From the sequence record PV040721.1: a stretch of DNA of 44,228 nt; one strand, given 5' to 3'. A model generated the notes under the pieces. The model saw only the letters and a list, made by a program, of their open reading frames with translations. It was not told the DNA's origin and searched no databases. The stretch is from Escherichia phage BUCT825. Within the stretch, counting starts at the first letter, position 1. Each line of letters begins with the position of its first letter. This document shows positions 30,731 through 39,239 of the stretch, piece after piece. The position numbers were made by a program, and so were the translations under genes.

Positions 30731-31857
30731 CCCAGCATCTCCGGTGAAATAGTTAAACGTGCGACCTCGCCAAATTCGGCGCTATAAGTAATTACATTTG
30801 CACTACGGCCCGACATCCAACCTCCGCGGGAGGCGTAGGCGTCTTTAGCCGCTAAGGTGCGGTGTTGCTCAACAATCATGTTACGGCTTTCTACAATCTT
30901 CTGGTGGTGCAGATGGCCTACGTGGGCGTAGCTGTAAACACTCTCGCCGAACGCTTTACGGAACTTGGCAATCATAACAGGTTCAATAGCGTCGAATCGT
31001 GCTTTATGCCCGTGATGGAAGAACAGCGTCGTTTTGCCGTGTTGCACCATCTTGTAAACATCCGGTGACGTATCGACGAACACACGCGGCTCATTGTCAT
31101 ACAGCGTACTGAACATCTCAGCCAACCAAATCATGCCACTTTCGTCGTGATTCCCTTGCACGATAAGCAAGCGAACATTTTTATGCTTAACCAGCGCCAT
31201 ATCGACAACACGGCGGACCATGCGAATCATGTAGCGGACAAGTTTCTGGTAACGGGTGTCGGCGTCAAGGGCGTGACCGCTTGCAGGTGTAACGGCAACC
31301 AGACTATCGAAGTGCGCGAAGTCGCCCAGCAGGTTAATAACCCCAGTCCCCGCATCCGGTGCTTTCTGGAATGCCGCATCGAACCAACGGGAGAACAGGT
31401 CTTCTGCAATCTTCATATCCCAGTCGTCGCCACTCTCGTCGGCCCAGGCCAGCATACCGAGATGGAAATCAGACACAGTGTAAAGGTTGAGTAGCTTGTC
31501 GTCCCGTTTGGCGCGAACGGCTTTAACAGGAGCAACGGGGGTAATCTCCGACTTCATGCCCTCGATTATGGCTTTCATCAACTCGACCTGACGTTCGGCA
31601 TCGGTGTCGGTCTTAACCCATTGCAGTTTAGTGTTGCCTAACTCATCAACCAGAGACGATGTACCCTTAATCTTGTAGCCGTCCGGCACAAGGTGGCTAA
31701 CGTCACGCCCGTGGCCTACGCCTTTCTTCGCTAGTTTCGCTTTACGGATACGAATAACGCGGTCTGAGATGCCGTATTTACGAGCAATGTCGATATTCTT
31801 CATCCCAGCGTTCAATTCTTCCTGTAACTGTTCGTCGGTTATTTTCTTCTGGGCCAT
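30727..31857 (-). CDS. Calcineurin-like metallophosphoesterase with N-terminal sigma-region-4-like HTH (about 376 aa; longer ORF to 31962 less likely)
   Basis: Motifs DFH, GDFAHFD, VQGNHDE, FHHGH, HVGHLHH; N-terminal NIDIARKYGISDRVIRIRKAKL; ATG 31857 with SD GAGGAA. Confidence 0.7.
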   Translation of the reverse strand: MAQKKITDEQLQEELNAGMKNIDIARKYGISDRVIRIRKAKLAKKGVGHGRDVSHLVPDGYKIKGTSSLVDELGNTKLQWVKTDTDAERQVELMKAIIEGMKSEITPVAPVKAVRAKRDDKLLNLYTVSDFHLGMLAWADESGDDWDMKIAEDLFSRWFDAAFQKAPDAGTGVINLLGDFAHFDSLVAVTPASGHALDADTRYQKLVRYMIRMVRRVVDMALVKHKNVRLLIVQGNHDESGMIWLAEMFSTLYDNEPRVFVDTSPDVYKMVQHGKTTLFFHHGHKARFDAIEPVMIAKFRKAFGESVYSYAHVGHLHHQKIVESRNMIVEQHRTLAAKDAYASRGGWMSGRSANVITYSAEFGEVARLTISPEMLG

Positions 31858-31895
31858 GCCTATTTCCTCGTGTTTAGGATTTGTCTTATAGTAGC

Positions 31896-32087
31896 CTACT
31901 TCTCTTTCACGTTCGAGTTGCAAGCCCAGATTAAAATAAATACCCACGGCAGCAGAACCCAACCAAGAAACAGATTAGCCATGAATATCGCTAACTTCGC
32001 TTTATGGTTACGGAAGTACGCAACCAGGAAAGGCGCGAAATAAGCGAGCAGTGCAAACAGAATTAAGGAAACTGGTAAACTGGACAT
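31896..32087 (-). CDS. small 2-TM membrane protein (about 63 aa), first gene of antisense cassette
   Basis: Hydrophobic segments LPVSLILFALLAYFAPFLVAYF and LFLGWVLLPWVFILIWA; SD GAAGGGG. Confidence 0.5.
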   Translation of the reverse strand: MSSLPVSLILFALLAYFAPFLVAYFRNHKAKLAIFMANLFLGWVLLPWVFILIWACNSNVKEK

Positions 32088-32117
32088 TTTAAACCCCTTC
32101 ATTGTTGGTGTAAGTGA

Positions 32118-32146
32118 ATAGTACCCTATTATATTGGGGTACGCAA
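32118..32146 (-). promoter_or_regulatory. Early-type promoter on minus strand (-35 TTGCGT, 17-bp spacer, -10 TACTAT followed by TCAC) driving the antisense cassette
   Basis: Reverse complement TTGCGTACCCCAATATAATAGGGTACTATTCAC, nearly identical to the promoter at 10571-10599. Confidence 0.6.
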
Positions 32147-32253
32147 GTAGTGTGTTAGAATAAGTTTGCGCCTAGTGTCGCACACGAAAAGCGGGTGGTT
32201 CCCGTCTGGCGCGTCAACCTTAACCTGTAACCTCTTAACCAAAGGATTAAAGA

Positions 32254-32673
32254 ATGAAACTTTCTGATTTTTATTTCGAAGAGAAAGCACTGGTGGGCAA
32301 GAAGATGCCGATTCTCCTGCCGAATGGTGAAGACTCAGGGGAGTGGCTTAACGTTGTAAGCCCTGATGCGGATGCCGCCGTTAAAGCGGGGCGTGCGTTC
32401 ATTATTGCGTACCGTAGAGGGTTGGCACGTTTCGAAGAACTGGAAAAAGCCGCCAAAGACTCCGGCGACTATACTGAATATAACCTGGCAGTTAACGAAC
32501 TGGCGGAAGACCTCAACAGGCAACTTGCGGCAGAAGTCGTAAACGGCTGGAGCTTTGACGACGAGCCTTTCTCTAAGGAAGCGTTCAACAAATTGCTCGA
32601 CCAGTTCAAAGGTCTTGGAACCCAGGTTGCGGCGTTCCATAACGCCGAGCGCAAAGCATTACAGGAAAAGTAG
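32254..32673 (+). CDS. tail assembly chaperone (gpG-like position), 139 aa
   Basis: Acidic helical protein immediately upstream of tape measure region. Confidence 0.55.
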   Translation: MKLSDFYFEEKALVGKKMPILLPNGEDSGEWLNVVSPDADAAVKAGRAFIIAYRRGLARFEELEKAAKDSGDYTEYNLAVNELAEDLNRQLAAEVVNGWSFDDEPFSKEAFNKLLDQFKGLGTQVAAFHNAERKALQEK

Positions 32674-32705
32674 ACGCGCTGTACAGGTTCGCCACCTACG
32701 AGTTT

Positions 32706-33038
32706 GTGGATAAGCATAAAATCAGAGAGTTCGATTCTATAGCTGACGGGCACGAACAGGCGCTTATCGCGATGGGTGTAATCGATAAGAAAAAACGTGC
32801 AGCGCGAAGGGGTGGGCCAGAATGCCCGCCCCTTTTTATATCCACCTTTGAGACGTACTGTGATATTAAGTTTACGCGACACGTGCGCGAGGACGCTGTA
32901 GTATTGTTCGCAAGAGAATCCGTTACGTGGCAAGACCTGAAAGCCTATCTCGATGTTACGCAAAAACAGCTTAGCCTGTTCGAGATAGACATTATCATGG
33001 GCTTAGAAGCAATCTTTGAAGGTAGAAATCATGGCTGA
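32706..33038 (+). CDS. possible tail assembly chaperone extension (gpT-like position); start uncertain
   Basis: ORF in the -1 frame relative to the chaperone gene, overlapping TMP start; no canonical slippery heptamer found. Confidence 0.3.
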   Translation: MDKHKIREFDSIADGHEQALIAMGVIDKKKRAARRGGPECPPLFISTFETYCDIKFTRHVREDAVVLFARESVTWQDLKAYLDVTQKQLSLFEIDIIMGLEAIFEGRNHG

Positions 33039-35304
33039 TACCGCTAGCTTGATAGTACGAGTATCATCGACCGGCGTCGATAAAACAACATCACAACTGA
33101 ACGGGCTTACTAAAGCCGCAGGCGCTGCGGCTGCCGCCGTTGTCAGCCTGGAAACCGCTAAGCAGGTGTTCAGTGCACTGGTGGACTCCCAGCGCAACTT
33201 CGATAAGCTGAACTCCGGCCTCATCACAATGACCGGGAGCGCCGAGAACGCGGCTAAGGCTTTCAGCGTACTGCAGCAATTCGCAAAAGAAACCCCGTAC
33301 GGCCTCAATCAGGCGGTCGAGGGCTTCACTAAACTCGTAGCTCTTGGGCTAAACCCCGGCAAAGAGGCATTAATCTCCTACGGCAACACCGCGGCTGCTA
33401 TGGGTAAAGACCTTAATCAGATGATTGAGGCAGTTGCCGACGCCAGTACCTTTGAGTTTGAGCGACTAAAAGAGTTCGGCATCAAGTCGTCGCAACAGGC
33501 GGATACAGTTTCGTTCACGTTCCGCGGCGTAACGACCACGGTTAAAAAGAACTCCGAAGAGATTCAGAAATACCTGTTAAACATCGGCAACACCGATTTT
33601 GCCGGAGCGATGGAGACACGCTCTAAGACGCTAGACGGTCAGTTATCGAGCCTCGCCGACTCCTTCGATGGTCTTGTTCTTGCGGTAGCGCAATCCGGTT
33701 TTGGTGACGCGGTAGGCGAACAAGCGGCAACAGCGGAAGATGCTATTACAGCGCTCACCGACGCTATAGCGTCTAATGAGATAGCCGCCACGCTCCAGGA
33801 CTGGACGACACTGTTCAATGAGTCGTTCAAGTTTATTTCTGACGCCTTGAACGACCTGGCATATGACACCGAGGACAAATCCTCGGATATGTCCGACTCG
33901 CTGGGTACTATACCGGATGCTATCCGTGAGTGGCTGCCCGACATCCAGCAGACATTCCACGAGGTTATTGCGTGGTTCCAGCGCATTGACGATTACGCCG
34001 TAGCGTTAGGACAGACCCTTGCCGACGTGTTTGACCCGAGCAAAACGGCGGCGCTCACATTTAAAAACCTGACCGCAGAGGCCGACGCCGCATACGCCGC
34101 CAGCATAAAACGCGCAGAGGCGGAATCACAGGCCATTACAGACAGGTCTAAGCAGCGTAAGAAAGAAATTGAGGAACAGCGCAAGCAGTACGACGAGCGC
34201 AAGAAGCAAGAAATTGACTTAGCCCGCCTTGTTAATAAAAAGGGTGGAACTGGCAGCACCGGAAACGCCGACGATAAAGCAGCAAAAGCCGCCGCCAAGA
34301 AAGCAGAACAATTGCGGAATCAGGCGCAAGATTACCTCGACACTTTGGCCCGCCAGAACAACGATGAGTTAAAGGCTATCGACGCGCAGGAACAGCAGAA
34401 ACTGGCTAAGGCAAAAGAGTTCTACAGCCAGGGCGCGCTGTCACTGAAAGAATACGAGCAAGCAAAAACGGCTATTGTCCTAGAAGCAGGGCAAAAACGA
34501 CAAGATGAACTGGATAAACGCCAGAAAGAAGCCCAGGAAAAGCAACAGAAAGGTGACGACTTCATGGCTCAGATTATGGGCCAGAACGCTACTGAGCTTG
34601 AGCTTCTCGACATCCAGGAACAGCAGAAACTGGCGGTAGCGGATAAGTACCGCGAGCAGGGTTTGATTAGCGAGAAGCAGTATCAGGCCGCTCTTAACGC
34701 CATCAACGAGCAATACGCAACCAAGCGTGCCGATGCAACGGCAACGGCCTTTGGTAACATGGCCTCAAACATCGGGTCTGCGTTGGGTGAGGCTTCTGGC
34801 GCGTACAAGGCATTTGCTATCGTACAGGCCACCATAGCCACGTACACCGCGGCTATCGAGGCGTACAAGTCCACGGCGGCTATCCCCGTAGTTGGCCCGT
34901 TCCTGGCCCCTGTAGCCGCTGCCGCTGCCGTTGGTGCAGGTATGGCGCAGGTTTCCGCTATCCGGTCCGCGCGTGAACAGGGCGGACAGTTATCCGCAGG
35001 GCAGGCTTCCACCATCGCAGAACGCGGTAAACCGGAAGTTATCATGCCAGCGGGGGCATCGCGTGTTCGCACCGCACAGCAGATGAAAGAAATTATGGGG
35101 CAAAACGGGTCTTCTTCCGGCCCGTCTAATGTTACTATCGTAAACAACACGAGTTCTCAAATCGGCAACGTATCCACCGAGCAAGATGATGAAGGCCGTT
35201 TGCGTATCATCATCGAGGAGCAAGTTGCCGCATCTTTGCAGAACAGCAACAGTAAGATTAGCAAGGCCAGAAAGGCCACAAGAAACGCGCCGGGGTTTAA
35301 ATAA
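33031..35304 (+). CDS. tail tape measure protein (about 757 aa)
   Basis: Long Ala/Gln/Lys-rich coiled-coil protein with internal repeats and Gly-rich C-terminal region; ATG 33031 with SD GAAGGTAG. Confidence 0.8.
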   Translation: MADTASLIVRVSSTGVDKTTSQLNGLTKAAGAAAAAVVSLETAKQVFSALVDSQRNFDKLNSGLITMTGSAENAAKAFSVLQQFAKETPYGLNQAVEGFTKLVALGLNPGKEALISYGNTAAAMGKDLNQMIEAVADASTFEFERLKEFGIKSSQQADTVSFTFRGVTTTVKKNSEEIQKYLLNIGNTDFAGAMETRSKTLDGQLSSLADSFDGLVLAVAQSGFGDAVGEQAATAEDAITALTDAIASNEIAATLQDWTTLFNESFKFISDALNDLAYDTEDKSSDMSDSLGTIPDAIREWLPDIQQTFHEVIAWFQRIDDYAVALGQTLADVFDPSKTAALTFKNLTAEADAAYAASIKRAEAESQAITDRSKQRKKEIEEQRKQYDERKKQEIDLARLVNKKGGTGSTGNADDKAAKAAAKKAEQLRNQAQDYLDTLARQNNDELKAIDAQEQQKLAKAKEFYSQGALSLKEYEQAKTAIVLEAGQKRQDELDKRQKEAQEKQQKGDDFMAQIMGQNATELELLDIQEQQKLAVADKYREQGLISEKQYQAALNAINEQYATKRADATATAFGNMASNIGSALGEASGAYKAFAIVQATIATYTAAIEAYKSTAAIPVVGPFLAPVAAAAAVGAGMAQVSAIRSAREQGGQLSAGQASTIAERGKPEVIMPAGASRVRTAQQMKEIMGQNGSSSGPSNVTIVNNTSSQIGNVSTEQDDEGRLRIIIEEQVAASLQNSNSKISKARKATRNAPGFK
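34387..34634 (+). repeat. In-frame direct repeat in TMP gene: 20-bp exact copies CAGGAACAGCAGAAACTGGC at 34387-34406 and 34615-34634
   Basis: Copies 228 bp (76 codons) apart; encode repeated QEQQKLA peptide. Confidence 0.8.
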
Positions 35305-35807
35305 TGACCGACTTATATTTCCCACGTAGCCTTAAGCCAATTGTATCGAAAGGCTACTCGATGACCAGACGTAACAACATCTGGAGCGTTGATTTAGCTG
35401 GTGGCGGTGTACGTCAGGGGCGCGACACGTATTACGACGTGTTCCCTGTTAGCGTAACCCTGATTACATCCGCAATGGGGCGACAGGCGTTTCTGTCGTT
35501 CCTCGAAAAAGTAGACGGCGGTGCGTCAAGTTTCTGGATGGCGCACGACTTCGGCATGGGCATCGAAGATTATCAGGTAACCATTACGTCCACTATCGCT
35601 GAGTCCACCGAAGACGGGATTAACTGGACAATTACCTTCACGGCAACCGCGGAGAAATCACCGTTCCAGGACCTTGAGAACCAGTGCCTGATTAACAATC
35701 TGCCAGATTTGTATGGTTGCTACGGCGACGGGCTGGGATGTTTCCTTAAAGCCTATGGAACCGCACAATCAACGTTTCCACGAATTTGGGACCCTATGCA
35801 ATCATGA
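35304..35807 (+). CDS. minor tail protein (distal tail, gpM-like position), 167 aa
   Basis: Position after TMP; ATGA overlap. Confidence 0.45.
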   Translation: MTDLYFPRSLKPIVSKGYSMTRRNNIWSVDLAGGGVRQGRDTYYDVFPVSVTLITSAMGRQAFLSFLEKVDGGASSFWMAHDFGMGIEDYQVTITSTIAESTEDGINWTITFTATAEKSPFQDLENQCLINNLPDLYGCYGDGLGCFLKAYGTAQSTFPRIWDPMQS

Positions 35808-36319
35808 GCCAGGAATCAGTAGAAGCAGCCTATCGCCGTAAGCTGGCCTCAAACCCCGACGGCGAGATGGACTATATCACGTTGCAAATCAGCCACCAGT
35901 TGCTGTCAAAGACGTATTATCTTGTGCGCGGGCTGCAGGAACTTACGGCAACACTGGAGACGGGCGAAACTATCACGTTCGAACCTACCCCGATGGAAGC
36001 GTCGGGGGCCGCCAACAACAGTGACATGGACCAGACGACGACGTTTACTTTACCGGATATTCTCAATCAACTTGATGATGAGATGGATAAAATCCCGATG
36101 AGTAACACCGAGTTGCCGAAGTTCGTCTTCCGCCGTTACGTCAGCACCGACCTGTCTTATCCGGCTGACGGCCCGGTCGTGTACGAGTTACAGGCCATCA
36201 ATCAGGAGAAGGGCGAGTTCTCCGCGGATGTCGGCACACCTATGCTGAACCAACGAAGCACTGGTATACTGATGACACCTAAAGAGATACCGTTATTACG
36301 CGGCCTGTTGACCACATGA
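35804..36319 (+). CDS. minor tail protein (gpL-like position), about 171 aa
   Basis: ATG 35804 overlapping upstream stop. Confidence 0.45.
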   Translation: MSQESVEAAYRRKLASNPDGEMDYITLQISHQLLSKTYYLVRGLQELTATLETGETITFEPTPMEASGAANNSDMDQTTTFTLPDILNQLDDEMDKIPMSNTELPKFVFRRYVSTDLSYPADGPVVYELQAINQEKGEFSADVGTPMLNQRSTGILMTPKEIPLLRGLLTT

Positions 36320-36681
36320 ATATTAACGACTACACGGGAATACCTTACGACTTTCGCAAACGCAATTGCTGGCATCACGTGCGCATTGTACGTGCGGACG
36401 CCGGGTTAGAAACCCCTGCATTCGACGTTACAAGCCCGACGGCAATTAACGACGCGTTTGACGAAGGGCATCGCAACACGAAGGGGCTTACAAAAATTGA
36501 TAAGCCTGAAAACTTCTGTGCGGTGCTTATGGGGTATCGCCGTGGTGGTCGTATCGTGTGGCACGCAGGAGTATACTTCGACGGGATGGTTAGCCATTGC
36601 GAGCTTGCTTCTCGTCAGGTACGGCTTGACAGGCTGGCGGACCTCAGAGACACGTACACGGAGATTGAATTTTGGCGATAA
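36316..36681 (+). CDS. tail protein with NlpC/P60-like Cys-His signature (gpK-like position), 121 aa
   Basis: NCWHH and WHAGVY segments; position. Confidence 0.45.
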   Translation: MNINDYTGIPYDFRKRNCWHHVRIVRADAGLETPAFDVTSPTAINDAFDEGHRNTKGLTKIDKPENFCAVLMGYRRGGRIVWHAGVYFDGMVSHCELASRQVRLDRLADLRDTYTEIEFWR

Positions 36682-39227
36682 TCCTGCACTACACGCGAAA
36701 CGCTGATGGCGCTTTCGACCGTACAAAACACGTCGGGATGCCGATGGAGTTTGTCGTTAACCATATCCCTGACGGCGTGCCTGTGCGCGTCTACATCGGT
36801 GAGATTGGTGCTGATACGGATGTAACCGACGACTTCGATGCGCTTAAAGACGAAGACGCCGTGTACCACATTATTGAGGGCGCAGGTAGCGGGGCGCTTG
36901 GTGCTGTTAGTAAGGTGTTTGGTTTTATCCTTAAGCCAATCGCTAAGTTGTTCGGCCTGAACATGTCTGCAAACGCCAACTACACGGCGACTAATAACCA
37001 GACAACATCACCAAATAACAGCCTCACAGACCGCTCAAACAAGCCGCGTCCTTACGAGCGCTCTTATGACATCTGCGGGACCGTGCAGACAATCCCTAAT
37101 GACCTGATGCAGACGTATAAAGCGTTCGACAGTACCGGTAACTTGCTGGAGTACTCCTTTTATGACGCAGGGCGCGGACATCTGCATATTGCGGCGGATG
37201 GCGTCACAGAAGGCGACACCCTGATAAGCGATATCACAGGTTCCTCTGTTGCCGTGTATGCGCCGTATACGTCACCGAACAACACCACATCTCCGCAACT
37301 ACAAATCGGCGACGTCATTGCCCAGAAACTCTATGTGACATACTCCAACGACGACGTTGACGGTATTGTACTGAAAGCGCCAAACGACATTGGGGCCAAC
37401 CCAAGCTCCGGTGGAACCGCCAAACGTATTTCGACCACCGGCTACCTATATGACCCGTCGGGTGACTCTGCTTTTTCTGAGTTTCTTAGTGTTGGTGATG
37501 TCGCAGTGTTGAGCAATTTCGACGTTAAGGACGTCACTAACCTAAACGGCTCGTTTGAAGTTTTATACGTCGACGACTTTGAGGTTCGGTTGTACGTCGG
37601 GGATATAGGTAACTGGGGTAACCTTAATAACGGAGAGACTTACGCACTTACAGAGCGTTCGGATACGTTTATAGGCCCAAGCAACACCTATGACGTATCT
37701 CTTACGGACTGGTATTACATGGTGCGCGGAGAAGTCGACCGGGTTCTCGCTAACGTTGCCGGGCAGAACGGCCTCTACAAATACGACGGCGGCTATAACC
37801 GCACCAGCGTAACCGTAGAACTCCAGTACCAGATGATTGATTCTCAGCGCAACCCATTGAGCGATATCTACACGGTACAGGCTACGATTACTGGTAATAG
37901 CACGGATTACGTCGGTACGTCCATTTATGGGCAGTTGCCTACCGCATCGCGTTTCCGTGCCCGTATGCGCCGTGTAACGAATTTCGATAAAGACTACGAC
38001 GGCACGGTAAGCGACGAGATAACCTTCATCAACCTGTATGGGCAGTCTCTGGACACAACCCCGCACTACGGCAACCGGACGACAGTACATTGCGCCCGTA
38101 AACAGACACCGCGGGCCGCTAGTATTGACAACCCTGAACTGCGCATGATTGCGACTGAGATGTGTTACAAATACCTCGGAAATGGGGTATTCGATACTGT
38201 AATGACTCCGAACACGCAGGCCGTGCAATCTCTAATCCGACTGGCGCGCGACCCCGCGGTGGGTAATCTGGAGCTGACAACGGCAAATATGGATAAGTTA
38301 CTCGCTGTGCAGGAAGAAATTGAGTCCTATTTTGGTAGCGAATTAGCCGGACAATTCTGCTACACGTTCGACGACTACGACACCACGATGCAGGACATTG
38401 TTCAGACCATAGCGGAAGCCGTTTTCTGTACTGCGTACCGTAAAGGTGCGGATATTATGTTGCGATTCGACCGTCCGGTTGCTGGGCCTGAAATGGTGTT
38501 CACCCACCGCAGCAAAACTACCGGTACAGAGAAATGGACCCGCACGTTCAGCGATTCGACAACCTACGATAGCCTGTCGTTCTCGTACATCGACCCGGAT
38601 ACTAACGTACAGGAGACGATTTATATCCCGGAGGAACTCGGCGCAAATACCGAGGAATACGAATCGAAGGGCGTGCGCAACTACCAGCAGGCGTACTGGC
38701 TTGCGTGGCGTCGATATCAGCGCAATGCGTTAAGTAAAGTTGTCGTAGAGTTTGAAGCTACCGAAGAAGGTGCGCTCGCTACCCCAGGCGGTGTAATCAG
38801 CGTAGTTAAAGGCTCGCGTATTGCGCCACAGGACGGCTATGTTGCTGCCGTTAATGGGCTTACGCTGACACTGTCACAGCCGGTTGCGTTTACTCCGGGT
38901 GATGACCACTCCATCATCCTCAAGAAGCGCGATGGCTCTGTACAGAGTATCTCCGTTATCAAAGGAAGCCACGACCGCGAAGTGATTATGCTCTCCGCGC
39001 CGGAGGAAGCAATATACACGGGGAATAGCGCACTAAAAACTGAGTTTTCATTCGGCAACGAAGCAAGGCATAATGCACAGAAGATAGTTGTTTCTTCAAT
39101 CGACCCGGGCGACGACCGCACGGTCAAGATTACAGGCTACAACTATGATGAAGGTTTCTATAAATACGACGGCGTCGCGCCATACGGCAGCGGTTTCTCC
39201 GACGGATTCAGCAATGGTTTTAATTAA
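36672..39227 (+). CDS. tail tip / host-specificity-like protein (gpI/gpJ-like), 851 aa, TTG start in track
   Basis: Large protein after gpK-like gene; N-terminal IEGAGSGALGAVSKVFGFIL resembles tail assembly protein I motif. Confidence 0.55.
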   Translation: MAIILHYTRNADGAFDRTKHVGMPMEFVVNHIPDGVPVRVYIGEIGADTDVTDDFDALKDEDAVYHIIEGAGSGALGAVSKVFGFILKPIAKLFGLNMSANANYTATNNQTTSPNNSLTDRSNKPRPYERSYDICGTVQTIPNDLMQTYKAFDSTGNLLEYSFYDAGRGHLHIAADGVTEGDTLISDITGSSVAVYAPYTSPNNTTSPQLQIGDVIAQKLYVTYSNDDVDGIVLKAPNDIGANPSSGGTAKRISTTGYLYDPSGDSAFSEFLSVGDVAVLSNFDVKDVTNLNGSFEVLYVDDFEVRLYVGDIGNWGNLNNGETYALTERSDTFIGPSNTYDVSLTDWYYMVRGEVDRVLANVAGQNGLYKYDGGYNRTSVTVELQYQMIDSQRNPLSDIYTVQATITGNSTDYVGTSIYGQLPTASRFRARMRRVTNFDKDYDGTVSDEITFINLYGQSLDTTPHYGNRTTVHCARKQTPRAASIDNPELRMIATEMCYKYLGNGVFDTVMTPNTQAVQSLIRLARDPAVGNLELTTANMDKLLAVQEEIESYFGSELAGQFCYTFDDYDTTMQDIVQTIAEAVFCTAYRKGADIMLRFDRPVAGPEMVFTHRSKTTGTEKWTRTFSDSTTYDSLSFSYIDPDTNVQETIYIPEELGANTEEYESKGVRNYQQAYWLAWRRYQRNALSKVVVEFEATEEGALATPGGVISVVKGSRIAPQDGYVAAVNGLTLTLSQPVAFTPGDDHSIILKKRDGSVQSISVIKGSHDREVIMLSAPEEAIYTGNSALKTEFSFGNEARHNAQKIVVSSIDPGDDRTVKITGYNYDEGFYKYDGVAPYGSGFSDGFSNGFN

Positions 39228-39239
39228 AGAGGACTCTAT

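Noticed and set aside
32643-32673. Canonical G/T -1 slippery heptamer (such as GGGAAAG) at the end of the tail chaperone gene
   Set aside because: Not present; only a partial AAAAG stretch, so a programmed frameshift is not asserted.
33003-35325. Several minus-strand and alternate-frame ORFs inside the tape measure gene
   Set aside because: Expected spurious frames in an Ala/Gly-rich repetitive gene.
37563-38228. 221-aa minus-strand ORF inside the tail tip gene
   Set aside because: Antisense to a large structural gene in a uniformly plus-strand operon.
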